Assembly: GCA_012862495.1 (NCBI GenBank)
Contig: BLSG01000378.1
Location: forward strand, 103,866 to 161,294
Direction of reading: 5' to 3'
Origin: Thraustochytrium aureum
Lineage: Eukaryota
DNA length: 57,429 bases
In this document: positions 12,176 through 22,442 of the stretch, one piece after another
How the letters are laid out: each line of letters begins with the position of its first letter
Numbering within the stretch: the stretch's first letter is position 1
Made by a program: the position numbers and the translations under genes
The notes under the pieces: generated by a model
The model's input: the letters and a program-made list of their open reading frames with translations, nothing else
Database searches by the model: none
What the model was told of the DNA's origin: nothing

Positions 12176-14455
12176 ATGGAAGCCACCCACGCGTTTCAGG
12201 ATGTGTACAACGATCGCGTGGAGAGACTGCGCAAGCTGAGTAAGGCGATCAGCGATATGCAGCGCGTGCTAGGGTCCATGCGGCAGGCCAACGCAGCAAC
12301 GCGCAAAAAGCGCCTGCTGAGCCGGTTCGAAGCCGCGTGCGACGCGTACGTGGTACAGATCAACGCGCTCGCGATGTACTGTCTTGCGCATGATGAAAAG
12401 GACGAAGCGCTGCGGCTTTTGGCTGAGGCCAGGCGGCTCAGCTTGCCCGAGTGGGGCCGCGACTGTGCCGATTTGCGCATTCTCACGCAAAACAACCTCG
12501 CGTGCCACTGGCGGTATATGGGGAATGGCCACGAGGCCAGCGAGGCGTTCAAGGCCGCCTGCAAGCTGGGCAAGCGCGCAACGGCAACGTGCGAGCATTT
12601 GCCAGTGTCATATCTTGGGCTGTGTGCGACCTACAGCATGCTCGGGCGGCACGAAGCCGCCTTCAAGGAGGCCAAGATTGCTATCAGCGTCGCCTCGCGC
12701 GTCATCAGCGAGATCAAAGGCGGCAAGACCAAGCGAGCCGCGAGCCTGAGCACGGCCGACCGCCGCAAACTGAGAAACAACCTCGTCGCCCTCCAAGTTG
12801 GCCACTACAACGCCGCTGTCGAAGCCGAGCACCTCGGCCGTTTCGATCTTTGCAGTGAGCACTATGCAAAGGCAAAGGGCGTGCTCGACCGGCCTCTCGC
12901 CTGGTGGATCGAGTTTATCCTGTGCCAGGGCCTTGACGAGGGGGATTGCGTTCGCAAGTCGCTGCCCAGGCGCATCCCGCAGTTCGAGCTCGACTCGAAT
13001 GTCCTCTGGACCCTCGAGGAGACCAAGGACTGCGATACAGCGTTATTTAGCCCCTGGAAGACGAGCAAGAGGCCAAAGTCCCAGCGATGCGATGCTGACG
13101 CCGCCCCTGATTCTCCGCGACGGATGCCGCGCAAGCTTGTTCGGAAAGTTAACGCGTGCGCAATCCCCTCCGCCGACTTGAGGTCTCCCGAAAGTGTATT
13201 GATCGCGGAACAGGACGCGCAGGAGTGGTGGCCGCTCAGTCCAGTCCATCACCCCAAGCCTTCGCCTATTCTTGGAAGCAAAGCACGTCCGGCTGAGGCC
13301 AGGCCAACGGGGGCTGCGCGGGTTGCCGACGCTTCGCGCTGGACGACGCGAAAACCTATTGCACCTAAACCCGATTCCAGAGCTGCTCTGACAAACCTCG
13401 ATGCTGGGCATGTTACTGCCGACAAACGCAAAACCAAATTGCGACGCGGCGCGAGACGGAAACGCTCGCCCTCGGCTGGCTTAACGGGGAGCCAACAAGT
13501 GCCGCAAGCCGGCGACCACGCCTGTGGGAGTCCAGCCAGAAATATCTCACGGATTCGCTCTACCGCTCGGCGCAGCCGCGCGGCCCACACAGCAACAGAT
13601 CGCAGAGCCCGGTCAAAGACAGTGCCGCCGTCGCGTGCCGGAGCTCGTGAGAGCCCGAATGATGCGAGCGTGACAGCCGCGGACCGGACTCGAGCGTCTA
13701 CTGCTCCTTCCAAACTACCGCCCAAGCGCAGAGTTCGTTCGGCGAGCCCGCGCACGAGGACAACCCCTAAAGCCCAGCTCTTTCCGCCGCAGTCGATCCG
13801 CACGACCGTGCCAGTCGCGTCTGATGCCGGCAAGCTGCAGACTCGGCCAGAGCAACCTCGCTGCTCTGTCGAAGCCTCGCCCAGACTGGGCAATAGGAAG
13901 CAAGTGCCTGCGGTTGGAACTGGGAAGCGCACGAGTCCACGGCCCAAAGAGGACCGCCCCGCCGCCGGAAAGCAGATTGCAGCGCCGTGCCGAACAGCCC
14001 CGAAAGATGCGCAACCCAAATCCCTGGAAGCAAAGCAAGTCGCCAGCGCTTTTCCTACTGAAGCCGCGTCGAGCAAGAGAGCCAAGGCGTCTTTGGGCCC
14101 CAACCTGACGGACGCAGAACAGGACGTAGACACTCGCGGGGTGGACGCGGCTGTCAAGCCACACGCAAATGCGGCACGGGGCAAGCACCCTCGAGACCGG
14201 CTTGGGCAGGTGTCAGCGCGGTCGGCAGACACGAAAGACTTGACCGATCGACATCACCACTACCCGGAGGACCAATCAAGAACCAGCTCTGCGCGTGGGA
14301 CCGGCCGCGCAGACGAAGCGGGTCAGCTCCCAAGATGGACGGATGACACGCTGGTTTTGCGTTCGCCTCTGCCCAAAGCTCCTGCCCCGATGATTCCGCC
14401 ACCGCTTTCAAAGCTCGGCGAAGGCACACTGCGAGCACGGACTACCAGTCCCTAG
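12176..14455 (+). CDS. TPR-repeat protein with a long basic low-complexity C-terminal tail
   Basis: TPR-like helices ILTQNNLACHWRYMG..EASEAFKAA, SYLGLCATYSMLGRHEAAFKEAKIAI and VGHYNAAVEAEHLGRF...HYAKA. Uninterrupted ORF from ATG 12176. Confidence 0.8.
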   Translation: MEATHAFQDVYNDRVERLRKLSKAISDMQRVLGSMRQANAATRKKRLLSRFEAACDAYVVQINALAMYCLAHDEKDEALRLLAEARRLSLPEWGRDCADLRILTQNNLACHWRYMGNGHEASEAFKAACKLGKRATATCEHLPVSYLGLCATYSMLGRHEAAFKEAKIAISVASRVISEIKGGKTKRAASLSTADRRKLRNNLVALQVGHYNAAVEAEHLGRFDLCSEHYAKAKGVLDRPLAWWIEFILCQGLDEGDCVRKSLPRRIPQFELDSNVLWTLEETKDCDTALFSPWKTSKRPKSQRCDADAAPDSPRRMPRKLVRKVNACAIPSADLRSPESVLIAEQDAQEWWPLSPVHHPKPSPILGSKARPAEARPTGAARVADASRWTTRKPIAPKPDSRAALTNLDAGHVTADKRKTKLRRGARRKRSPSAGLTGSQQVPQAGDHACGSPARNISRIRSTARRSRAAHTATDRRARSKTVPPSRAGARESPNDASVTAADRTRASTAPSKLPPKRRVRSASPRTRTTPKAQLFPPQSIRTTVPVASDAGKLQTRPEQPRCSVEASPRLGNRKQVPAVGTGKRTSPRPKEDRPAAGKQIAAPCRTAPKDAQPKSLEAKQVASAFPTEAASSKRAKASLGPNLTDAEQDVDTRGVDAAVKPHANAARGKHPRDRLGQVSARSADTKDLTDRHHHYPEDQSRTSSARGTGRADEAGQLPRWTDDTLVLRSPLPKAPAPMIPPPLSKLGEGTLRARTTSP

Positions 14456-14500
14456 CGCGACTCCCGCGCCTCCCGGCAAAGATCTGAAACCCCCCCCGCT

Positions 14501-15950
14501 TCACCTTGCAGGCAAGGATGGGGACCCTACTATGGGATCGAGTTTGGGTCTGCTGGCTTCCGGCAGCAACTCGGCGCTTGCAGAGCCTCCGCGTCTCAAG
14601 CAAACAGATGATGTGCAAAACAACTCGGCCACGTTTGTTGACGTGGCAGGCGCGCACTCTGAATCGTCGTCGGTGATGGTCAAGTCTGGTGGAAGCCCAG
14701 ACCCCGCAGCATGGCGCGAATTGCCGTCAACCTCTGGCCGACGGGATGACTCTGAGGGAGCCCCCGGCTGCACCTTGGACGCCTCTTCCGTAAGCGAGCG
14801 TTCTTGCGCTTCTGGTCTATTGCTTGAATCCAGCCGGCTTGAGGAGGGAGATGCGCCCGGATCGAGCCGGAGAGCAGAGGCGGGGACTTGCGCGTTGAAT
14901 CCAGTTGACGCGGAGAATGTTCGCGGATCAACTGGAAGCGAATGCCCTCGATTGCTGCCAACGCAAAGCGAGCGTCCCTCTATGTCGATTTCGTCGACTT
15001 CGTCTTCTTCCTCTTCCTCGTCTGGTCTAGTGCTTGAATCCAGCCGGCTTGAGGAGGGAGATGCGCCCGGATCGAGCCGGAGAGCAGAGGCGGGGACTTG
15101 CGCGTCGAATCCACTTGACGCGGAGAATGTTCGCAGATCAACAGGAAGCGAATGCCCCGATTGCTGCCAACGCAAAGCGAGCGTCCCTCTATGTCGTTAT
15201 CGTCGANNNNNNNNNNNNNNNNNNNNNNNNNNNNNNNNNNNNNNNNNNNNNNNNNNNNNNNNNNNNNNNNNNNNNNNNNNNNNNNNNNNNNNNNNNNNNN
15301 NNNNNNNNNNNNNNNNNNNNNNNNNNNNNNNNNNNNNNNNNNNNNNNNNNNNNNNNNNNNNNNNNNNNNNNNNNNNNNNNNNNNNNNNNNNNNNNNNNNN
15401 NNNNNNNNNNNNNNNNNNNNNNNNNNNNNNNNNNNNNNNNNNNNNNNNNNNNNNNNNNNNNNNNNNNNNNNNNNNNNNNNNNNNTTCGTCGAGTTCGTCT
15501 TCCAGTTCGAGTTCGTCTTCCAGTTCGTCTTCTCTTCTTCTTCTTCTTCTTCCAGTTCGTCTTCGTCATCTTCGACTTCGTCTTCTTCGATGTCGTCCTT
15601 GTCGATGTCGTCGCTTTCTCGATCGCCCGAGAGCAGCGATGGCGCTTCAAGAAGGACCAACGCAGCCATTGCTGTCCAATTGGTGGCTGGGGAACAGTTG
15701 GATGCAAGAGTCTCGAGTAGGACGGATTCCAGCGAGATGAGCCCATTTAGTATTGAGCCTGGTGACGCGTTCGAAGGCGACGTGAAACGCTGGGAACTGG
15801 CCACAGCAAGCTGCAGCGCCTTCTCCACAGAAAGCAACCTGGAGGCGCAAAGCAGCCTGTCCATGTCTTCGTTCAGCGGCAGCGAAGGCCAAGACCTGGA
15901 AAGCTTGGCGATGTCCTCGTTTTCTGGGAGCGAGGCGAATGCCCAGCATT
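14501..15950 (-). CDS. Hypothetical acidic repeat protein; start uncertain, contains a gap and frameshifts
   Basis: Minus-strand frames encode D/E tracts (ELEDEL) and 70-aa repeats. The stop at 14501 converges on the TPR gene. Confidence 0.45.
14811..15206. repeat. 210-bp tandem repeat, at least 2 copies, running into a gap
   Basis: TCTGGTCTA.TGCTTGAATCCAGCCGGCTTGAGGAGGGAGATGCG... at 14811 and 15021, near-identical. Confidence 0.92.
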
Positions 15951-16147
15951 GACGGCGGCCGGCCGCCAGCCAGCCGGTTGTGGTTTTCCTGAGGTAGAGG
16001 CGGAGTGCTCGGCGTTGCCTCTCCGTCTGGTAGCTAGAGCAAGCCTTCACGGACGGGCAGCTAAGAGAAAGCTAACGAATGTTGGAAGGTTGTTTCTACG
16101 AACGGGAACGGCACAGGCGCAAAAGCAGTGCGCGGGGCTTTCTGCCT

Positions 16148-18797
16148 CTACGAGTCCAGCCACTTGATGCTACACTGGCCGTGCCCGGCCTGGTCCTTGA
16201 ACTGGTCAAACAGGGCCTGCAGGGCCTCAAAGTAACGTCTGTGAAACTCTTTGACCTCCTCGAGCGAAGGATCGGCGGTCTGCCGAGCAGGAAAGACGGG
16301 CTCGCCAACAGCCACCGAAATTGGGACGCGGCGCGGAATGGGAAGGCCGTACTGACCGAGCATCACGAACGGGCAGGGGAAGCCGAGCACGCGCTTGCAA
16401 AAGTTTTGCAAGCGGGGCATGTATATGTTGTCAAAGGTGAGCGGCTCTCCGAAGCTGTAAATCGGCACGATACCGAGGCCCTGCTGGATGGCGATCTTGA
16501 AAACGCCAAGGCGGCGCGCCNNNNNNNNNNNNNNNNNNNNNNNNNNNNNNNNNNNNNNNNNNNNNNNNNNNNNNNNNNNNNNNNNNNNNNNNNNNNNNNN
16601 NNNNNNNNNNNNNNNNNNNNNNNNNNNNNNNNNNNNNNNNNNNNNNNNNNNNNNNNNNNNNNNNNNNNNNNNNNNNNNNNNNNNNNNNNNNNNNNNNNNN
16701 NNNNNNNNNNNNNNNNNNNNNNNNNNNNNNNNNNNNNNNNNNNNNNNNNNNNNNNNNNNNNNNNNNNNNNNNNNNNNNNNNNNNNNNNNNNNNNNNNNNN
16801 NNNNNNNNNNNNNNNNNNNNNNNNNNNNNNNNNNNNNNNNNNNNNNNNNNNNNNNNNNNNNNNNNNNNNNNNNNNNNNNNNNNNNNNNNNNNNNNNNNNN
16901 NNNNNNNNNNNNNNNNNNNNNNNNNNNNNNNNNNNNNNNNNNNNNNNNNNNNNNNNNNNNNNNNNNNNNNNNNNNNNNNNNNNNNNNNNNNNNNNNNNNN
17001 NNNNNNNNNNNNNNNNNNNNNNNNNNNNNNNNNNNNNNNNNNNNNNNNNNNNNNNNNNNNNNNNNNNNNNNNNNNNNNNNNNNNNNNNNNNNNNNNNNNN
17101 NNNNNNNNNNNNNNNNNNNNNAGCGCGGCGTAAAAGATCGTCCAAAACGCAATCGCCCACAAGAGCGTCCACCACACGGCAAACGTGTGGACAAAGTTCT
17201 CCTTGTCTCCGGGCAGGGCCGGGATGAGGCCTAGCGTCGCCGTGTCCAAGAAAGGGAGCAGCGCTTCGGGGAGCATGTAGGGAAGGCAGAGGAAGACCAT
17301 GTAGCAGGTAAAGCTGACGAACTGCGTGTTGCAAAAGAACGCGAGCAGCAGCAGGCTGATCGCGTGCTCGCCCCGCGACAGCTCAGGCAGCTTGCGGTAG
17401 TTCCAGGGCGACGCTGGCTCGGGGGCTGCCGGCACCGAGGGCTGATAACGGCGAAGCGACTTGGCGATGACGACCTGCGAAGCGGCGGCCGCGAGCGCCC
17501 CAATGTACATCGTCCCTGGGATCACCTGCGTCCCGACATAGATGGAAGACACCACGAAGAAGCCTTGCGCAAGCACGGCCACGCCGAAGAGCGACCAGCC
17601 CGCGATCTGCATCCACACAAACTCTTTGCCGCCTTGGAACACCTGCGCGAACGACCAGCCATTGTTTGCGTGTCGCAGTCGACCCGCGATCCCGTACGTA
17701 AGAAAGATAGCTACAATGCAGCAGCACAGGGAGAGGATCCCGAAGAGTGGCTGGTACTTGTAGTCTTGCGTGTGCTCGCTCACAAAGGCCATGGTCATCC
17801 CGATAAGGACCAGGCCCGTGTTCATCTGCACAAACTCGCGCACAATCTCTGGCGGGTTGCTGCACAGCACGGGCGCGGCGACCGCAGCCTGGGAGGGGCG
17901 GCCCGTGCGCTTTTCGCTCAGGCCCGTGTCGGAGAGTTCGGCGGCGTCGTCGTCCCGCACGTCGTCACTGCAGCTGGCGTCGCCGGCGCCGACACCGCTG
18001 GCGGGCGAAGCGACTGCGGCGGCGGCGGCTGCTGCGTCTCTTACGGCGTCGGGGGGCGCGGGAGCGGCGCGCCGCTGCGCGAGTCTGGGTCGATGATGCT
18101 CTTCAGCGAGGACCGCCGCCGCTCGATCAGGCGCGTTTGGCCGGAACTTGTCGGCCCGCTTGCGCGCCCGCACGGCGCCTCGTGGCCCGCCGGTGTACGT
18201 GAGCAGCGAGGAGACCATGAAAACCTGCGAGAGAATGCCAATCACCCCGGCGCTGGCCAGCAGCCCGTTCGTGTGCTCTGCATAGGCCACGCTGGCGAAA
18301 ACGATGCAAGCTGTGATTGAGTAAAAGGTCCAGGAGAGGGCCTGCAGCACGACAAAGCGGATCCCCCCGCGGAAAGGCTGGAATAGCCGATAGTCGTGGT
18401 GGAGGTTGTGACCAATCCAGTGTGTGGCTGGGATCGCCAGGAAGACGCTCGCGCCCCCTATTGCGGACAGCACGCCAAAGCCCACCCGCGACCCCGACAA
18501 GTACTGCCGCTCGGCGATCACGAAGAGGATCAGCGCGGTCAGAGTAGATGAGAACGTGATCTTGATGTATGGCATCCAGGCTGCGAGGGGTTTCCGCCCG
18601 GCCGCCGCCTCGCCGCCCTTCTCCTCCAACAACTTGGAGTACCTGCCCCGCAGATCTTCGTACGACTTCCTGAGCCTTGCGAGCTCCTCCATGGCAGCCG
18701 CGTCCGCCGCGCAGTCGTCCTCGGGGTCCGACTCTTCCTTGCGCTCCTCCTCGCTGAGCTTTCGCGGCGTGCCGACCGGCGCCATCTTCGTCGACAT
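16148..18797 (-). CDS. DGAT2: DGAT2-family (DAGAT) acyltransferase with a long multi-TM N-terminal extension
   Basis: C-terminus RRLGVFKIAIQQGLGIVPIYSFGE...GLPIPRRVPISVAVGEPV...EEVKEFHRRYFEALQALFDQFK is diagnostic of DGAT2/MOGAT. The expected HPHG motif would fall in the gap 16521-17121. ATG at 18797. Confidence 0.9.
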
Positions 18798-18951
18798 CGC
18801 GCTCGCAACAGCACGGGTCCCAGGCCGCTCGCACGGCCAGGTCAAAGACCGGTCGCCAACGCGCTTCTCGCGGCCGCACTCGCAACACCGCGTCGTGTTG
18901 CAGCTCTGCTCTCCGACCTGCTCCACGTGCGCCAAGGTCCCAAACGCACCG

Positions 18952-19152
18952 CCGTCACACCGCTTGCACGCCGCCTTTAAACCGTCCTCCGCGTCACATA
19001 AAGCCCCCTGTGACTGCAGCTCTTGCAGAACGACGGCAAGATGTGACGCGCGGGGGCCCGCAAGCCACGAGAATCGACGGTACCCCAGTGACGAGAGGTC
19101 CAGGGTGACGTCAATCGGGGGAAGACTACGTGACGAAAAGAGGTTGGTGACG
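18952..19152. promoter_or_regulatory. Cluster of seven GTGACG/CGTCAC motifs, one a full TGACGTCA, upstream of DGAT2
   Basis: Sites at 18952, 18992, 19043, 19088, 19105, 19130 and 19147. Confidence 0.55.
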
Positions 19153-19819
19153 AGGAGGAGCGGGGGACTGAAGGAAAGGACTGAAAGGGCGCGTGCCGGG
19201 ACCGACTCGCGACGAGAGAGAGGACAAGGGAGTTATCCGGCGGATAATCTGGGGTTATCCACGTAGTTTGGTAGAGTGCACTGGAGGTACTGGTACTCGT
19301 ACCTACTGATAAATGCTGGTCGCGCACGTGCCGGTCGGTGCGCTTGGCTCGAGGACGACAGGGCTCGTTCGTGTGCGAGGGCGGGCGATGGATGAAATGG
19401 ATGCGCAGGTTTGCCTTGCACGATGCGGTCCTGTGCGCGTCATTACGCGTCGCGGGTTGTACATGGCCAGGTTCAAGTTGTACCTACCGACCCACATCAT
19501 GGCAGCCGGTACCTACTTACTAGTGATCACCTGCTGATTGTACTCGAGCGGCATGATGGTGATTGTTCGCGGGGTGAGCCGATGATTTGCTGACGAGCCA
19601 GTGATGACAGAAGCGGCGTCAGTCCGCTGCCGACAGGGTTCGGCTTGGAGGTTCATCCCCCCCACGCTTGATCAGCCTCCAGGGTTGAGTTGAAGCACGC
19701 GTGCCTTTGCCTTTCGAGCTGGAAATGGCGTCGCGCCAACCCTGCGAGTTGGTGCTGCCTGAACTTGAAAGATGCGTTCAAGTGACGACTTTTCCAGTGG
19801 TTTTCTTTTGGCACGGCTT

Positions 19820-20869
19820 CTACCTAGGCCTATCGCTGCCATCGGCAAGCTCCTCTCCGGAGGATCGAAGTTGCGCCCGCACTTCGGAAGTGCGCCGCCC
19901 TGCCTGATGGCCAAAGAAGCGGTCGAGCGTCTGAAGACGCTGCAAGTCAAGCCCCTCGCGCTCGCACAGAGCAACGACGCGGCGCCGCAGTGCGCGGTGA
20001 TAGAGGGTTCCGTACGAGTTGGAGCGTTGGTAAATGGCAAAGTAGAACGCACCCCAGTTGACCACGCCGAGGCCCAGAAAGTAGCAGATCGGTTCCATCA
20101 CGTCCCACGAGAAAAGGCCCCATACGCCGTAGCCCAGCGCAAGGTTGACACCGACGAGGCCCGCACCGATCGCCAGCCCAGTCCGCCGCACCCCGCGCCG
20201 CGCTGTGTTGTCAAGCTCGCCAAACCGCGCCTGATGTGCCATGTGCTCGCCCTCAAGCGCACCGCGGAGCTCAATAAGCTTGGAAAAACCCTTCCCGGCG
20301 ACCTCGTCGGCGGTTCCAGCGGCGCCAATCGCAAGAGCCACTGCCACATCGTCGCCATCCAGCCCTTCGACGTGCAGTGTCGTGCCGTCGGCGGCTTGGA
20401 GGACGAACGCGGCGCACTTGTGCTGACCCGACCGCGAGTGCCCCCCGGGCGCCAGCAGAGCACCGAGGCGCACGGCTGGGGCTACCTCGAGTCCATGCGG
20501 GCCAGCAACGCGCGCGTTCGCAAGCCTCGACCGAAGCGCCTGCACCGTTTCTGAAGTCGCAAACGCGACGTTCAAGCTGCCCCCGAAGCTCCCGGCCAGC
20601 CGCCCCAGCTCGAGCACCACAAGGTTGTCTGGCGTAGCCGCGTCAACAGCAACCAGCAACGGTTTGGTCCGCGCACTCGCAGTTCGCAGCGTTGGCCACG
20701 CGTCCTCCGACGCCGTCGAGCAGCTGCGCCACCTGATCGGGCTCGCGAGGCGAGGCGCAGCGGCCTCCTTCCGCGGCGGTCGCGCGAGGCCAGGCGCGGC
20801 GCGGTGCGGCGTCCGAGGCGGCCAGCCTGCCGTTGCGCGCCACCGTGTGGCGCACGGGACCCGCCGCAT
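19820..20869 (-). CDS. MCU: Mitochondrial calcium uniporter pore subunit
   Basis: Two TM helices around the filter motif FSWDVMEPICYF; Arg-rich presequence-like N-terminus from ATG 20869. Confidence 0.9.
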   Translation of the reverse strand: MRRVPCATRWRATAGWPPRTPHRAAPGLARPPRKEAAAPRLASPIRWRSCSTASEDAWPTLRTASARTKPLLVAVDAATPDNLVVLELGRLAGSFGGSLNVAFATSETVQALRSRLANARVAGPHGLEVAPAVRLGALLAPGGHSRSGQHKCAAFVLQAADGTTLHVEGLDGDDVAVALAIGAAGTADEVAGKGFSKLIELRGALEGEHMAHQARFGELDNTARRGVRRTGLAIGAGLVGVNLALGYGVWGLFSWDVMEPICYFLGLGVVNWGAFYFAIYQRSNSYGTLYHRALRRRVVALCEREGLDLQRLQTLDRFFGHQAGRRTSEVRAQLRSSGEELADGSDRPR

Positions 20870-21185
20870 TCTTGTCCCCGCACCTGGCCAACCGCGGACT
20901 GACTGCCGAGAGACGACAGAATGTCCTGATGTAGTGCGGTTGGGTTGGCGATCTGGCTGCGCGGCGCCCAGGGACCTGCGGCAGCAGCGCGCCCGACGGC
21001 ATTCAAGTGAGGCCGAGGCGCCTTGGGCTTGGGCCTGTGTGCTGGCCTGGCCTGGCTGTCCAGCGAACAAGAACAGATGCGTTGGTACTTGCTTGGCTCT
21101 CCACTCTTGCTAGTGAGATAGATCGCACGGACCGGACGCGCTCGCTTGACGCCTGCGAAGGGCTGCGAGGGTTGAGCAGCGCGAC

Positions 21186-21653
21186 TCACTTCTTTGGCGA
21201 ATGCGACGCGACGACGGGCTGCCTCCGAGATCTCGTGCGCATGGCTTGGCAGAACTTGTCAAAGTCGGGGATGGCGATGAGCATTTCCACAAACCATTCG
21301 TTGATATCCGACTCAAACAGGGCGCACATGCGGCCTTCCAGGCTCTCGCGGCACTGCTCGAAGAAGTCAAACTTGGTCGCTCCTTGCTCGCGCAAAAACT
21401 CGTCCAGCAGCGCTTCCGTGCGCTTGACGTACGCCAAGTGCGCATCAGTTTGCTCCAGCGAAAACTCATCCGCTCCGCGTTGCCCGGACTTGGCTTCCAC
21501 CTCGCCTCCATGCGCTTCAAAGGCATGTCCAAACTCTTCCCAAACCTCATCCAGAGCGCCATCCAGCGCATCGGTGAGCAGCTCGGACGCTCTGAACAGC
21601 ACGGTCCACTCGCCTTCGTCAGGCCCACGCGACTTGGCCTCGTTCATCGACAT
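21186..21653 (-). CDS. BART (ARL2-binding) domain protein, ARL2BP/CFAP36-like
   Basis: EFSLEQTDAHLAYVKRTEALLDEFLREQG...FVEMLIAIPDFDKFCQAM fits the BART consensus (e..leyt.ih..y..l.e..le..l....g / l.a..dF..F..mM). Confidence 0.8.
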   Translation of the reverse strand: MSMNEAKSRGPDEGEWTVLFRASELLTDALDGALDEVWEEFGHAFEAHGGEVEAKSGQRGADEFSLEQTDAHLAYVKRTEALLDEFLREQGATKFDFFEQCRESLEGRMCALFESDINEWFVEMLIAIPDFDKFCQAMRTRSRRQPVVASHSPKK

Positions 21654-21850
21654 CGCGGCAGCGACCGACCTCGACGCCGAATACGCGCCCCCAGCACCGC
21701 CCCGACCTCGGTCGCCGCCGATGCTCTACGGACCGGCCTGCGCGACCGCGCATCAATCAAAACCACCGCTTCGCTTCCACGTGCACGCACGCTCACATCG
21801 CATCTCATCGAAGTACTCACACCTAACGGCAACATTCGATTGAGCAGCTC

Positions 21851-21890
21851 AATCGATTATAATCGATTACCAGATTATAATCGATTATCC
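21851..21890. promoter_or_regulatory. Palindromic AATCGATT cluster in the divergent BART/MCM10 intergenic region
   Basis: AATCGATTATAATCGATT (21851-21868) is a perfect 18-bp palindrome, followed by a third AATCGATT. Confidence 0.45.
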
Positions 21891-22442
21891 CAAGCAAACA
21901 GCGGGGAGGAAAAATTCAAATTTTTGTTGCTCGAGTTGGCCGTGCTGGCGCCTGCCGCGTCGCGCTCGCGTGGCATCGCCTCGCGCTTCCACTCGCTCGC
22001 GGCCGCCGTCCTTGGCGACGCATGCGCTTGCCTGCCCGGCAAGCCTCCTGCGACAGCGTCTGGCTTGCTCGTTAGCCCCTTCCAAAGCCTAGCTGGAGCC
22101 CCTTCCGGCGCCTTCCCCCATCGCTGCTCGCGCCGCTCTCGCGGGCGCTCGCTGCCCTGGCTGCCTTCGCACGCAGCAGGTCGTAGGTACTCGAGGGCTG
22201 CGCGGTCGAGCAGGCTGCGGTGCGCTTGCTTGCGTTTGTTGTTGGTTTTTTTTGGAGTGAGTTTTTGTCGTGGCGCAGGCAGACCCCGAACGGCGCAGGC
22301 CGCAGTGGAGCCGCAATTGCGCGTCGTGGTGGCTTCAGAAGTGCTCGACGCGGGCCGTGGCCTGGCTTTTGCGCAGCGCGCGATCGGCCTACGTGCATTG
22401 GTTCAGACAGAGCCCGTCTGTGCTCGAAGAGGTTCGTTGCTG

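Noticed and set aside
14532..15952. Plus-strand poly-Ser ORFs
   Set aside because: Most simply the antisense reading of minus-strand Asp/Glu codons.
19232..19262. TTATCC-GGC-GGATAA hairpin and DnaA-box-like TTATCCAC
   Set aside because: Short, imperfect and in a eukaryotic locus; compatible with chance.
21201..22442. Long 5' extension of ORF 21201..23999
   Set aside because: It is antisense to the BART gene and crosses intergenic DNA. It is a GC-rich stop-free artefact; MCM10 more plausibly starts at 22443.
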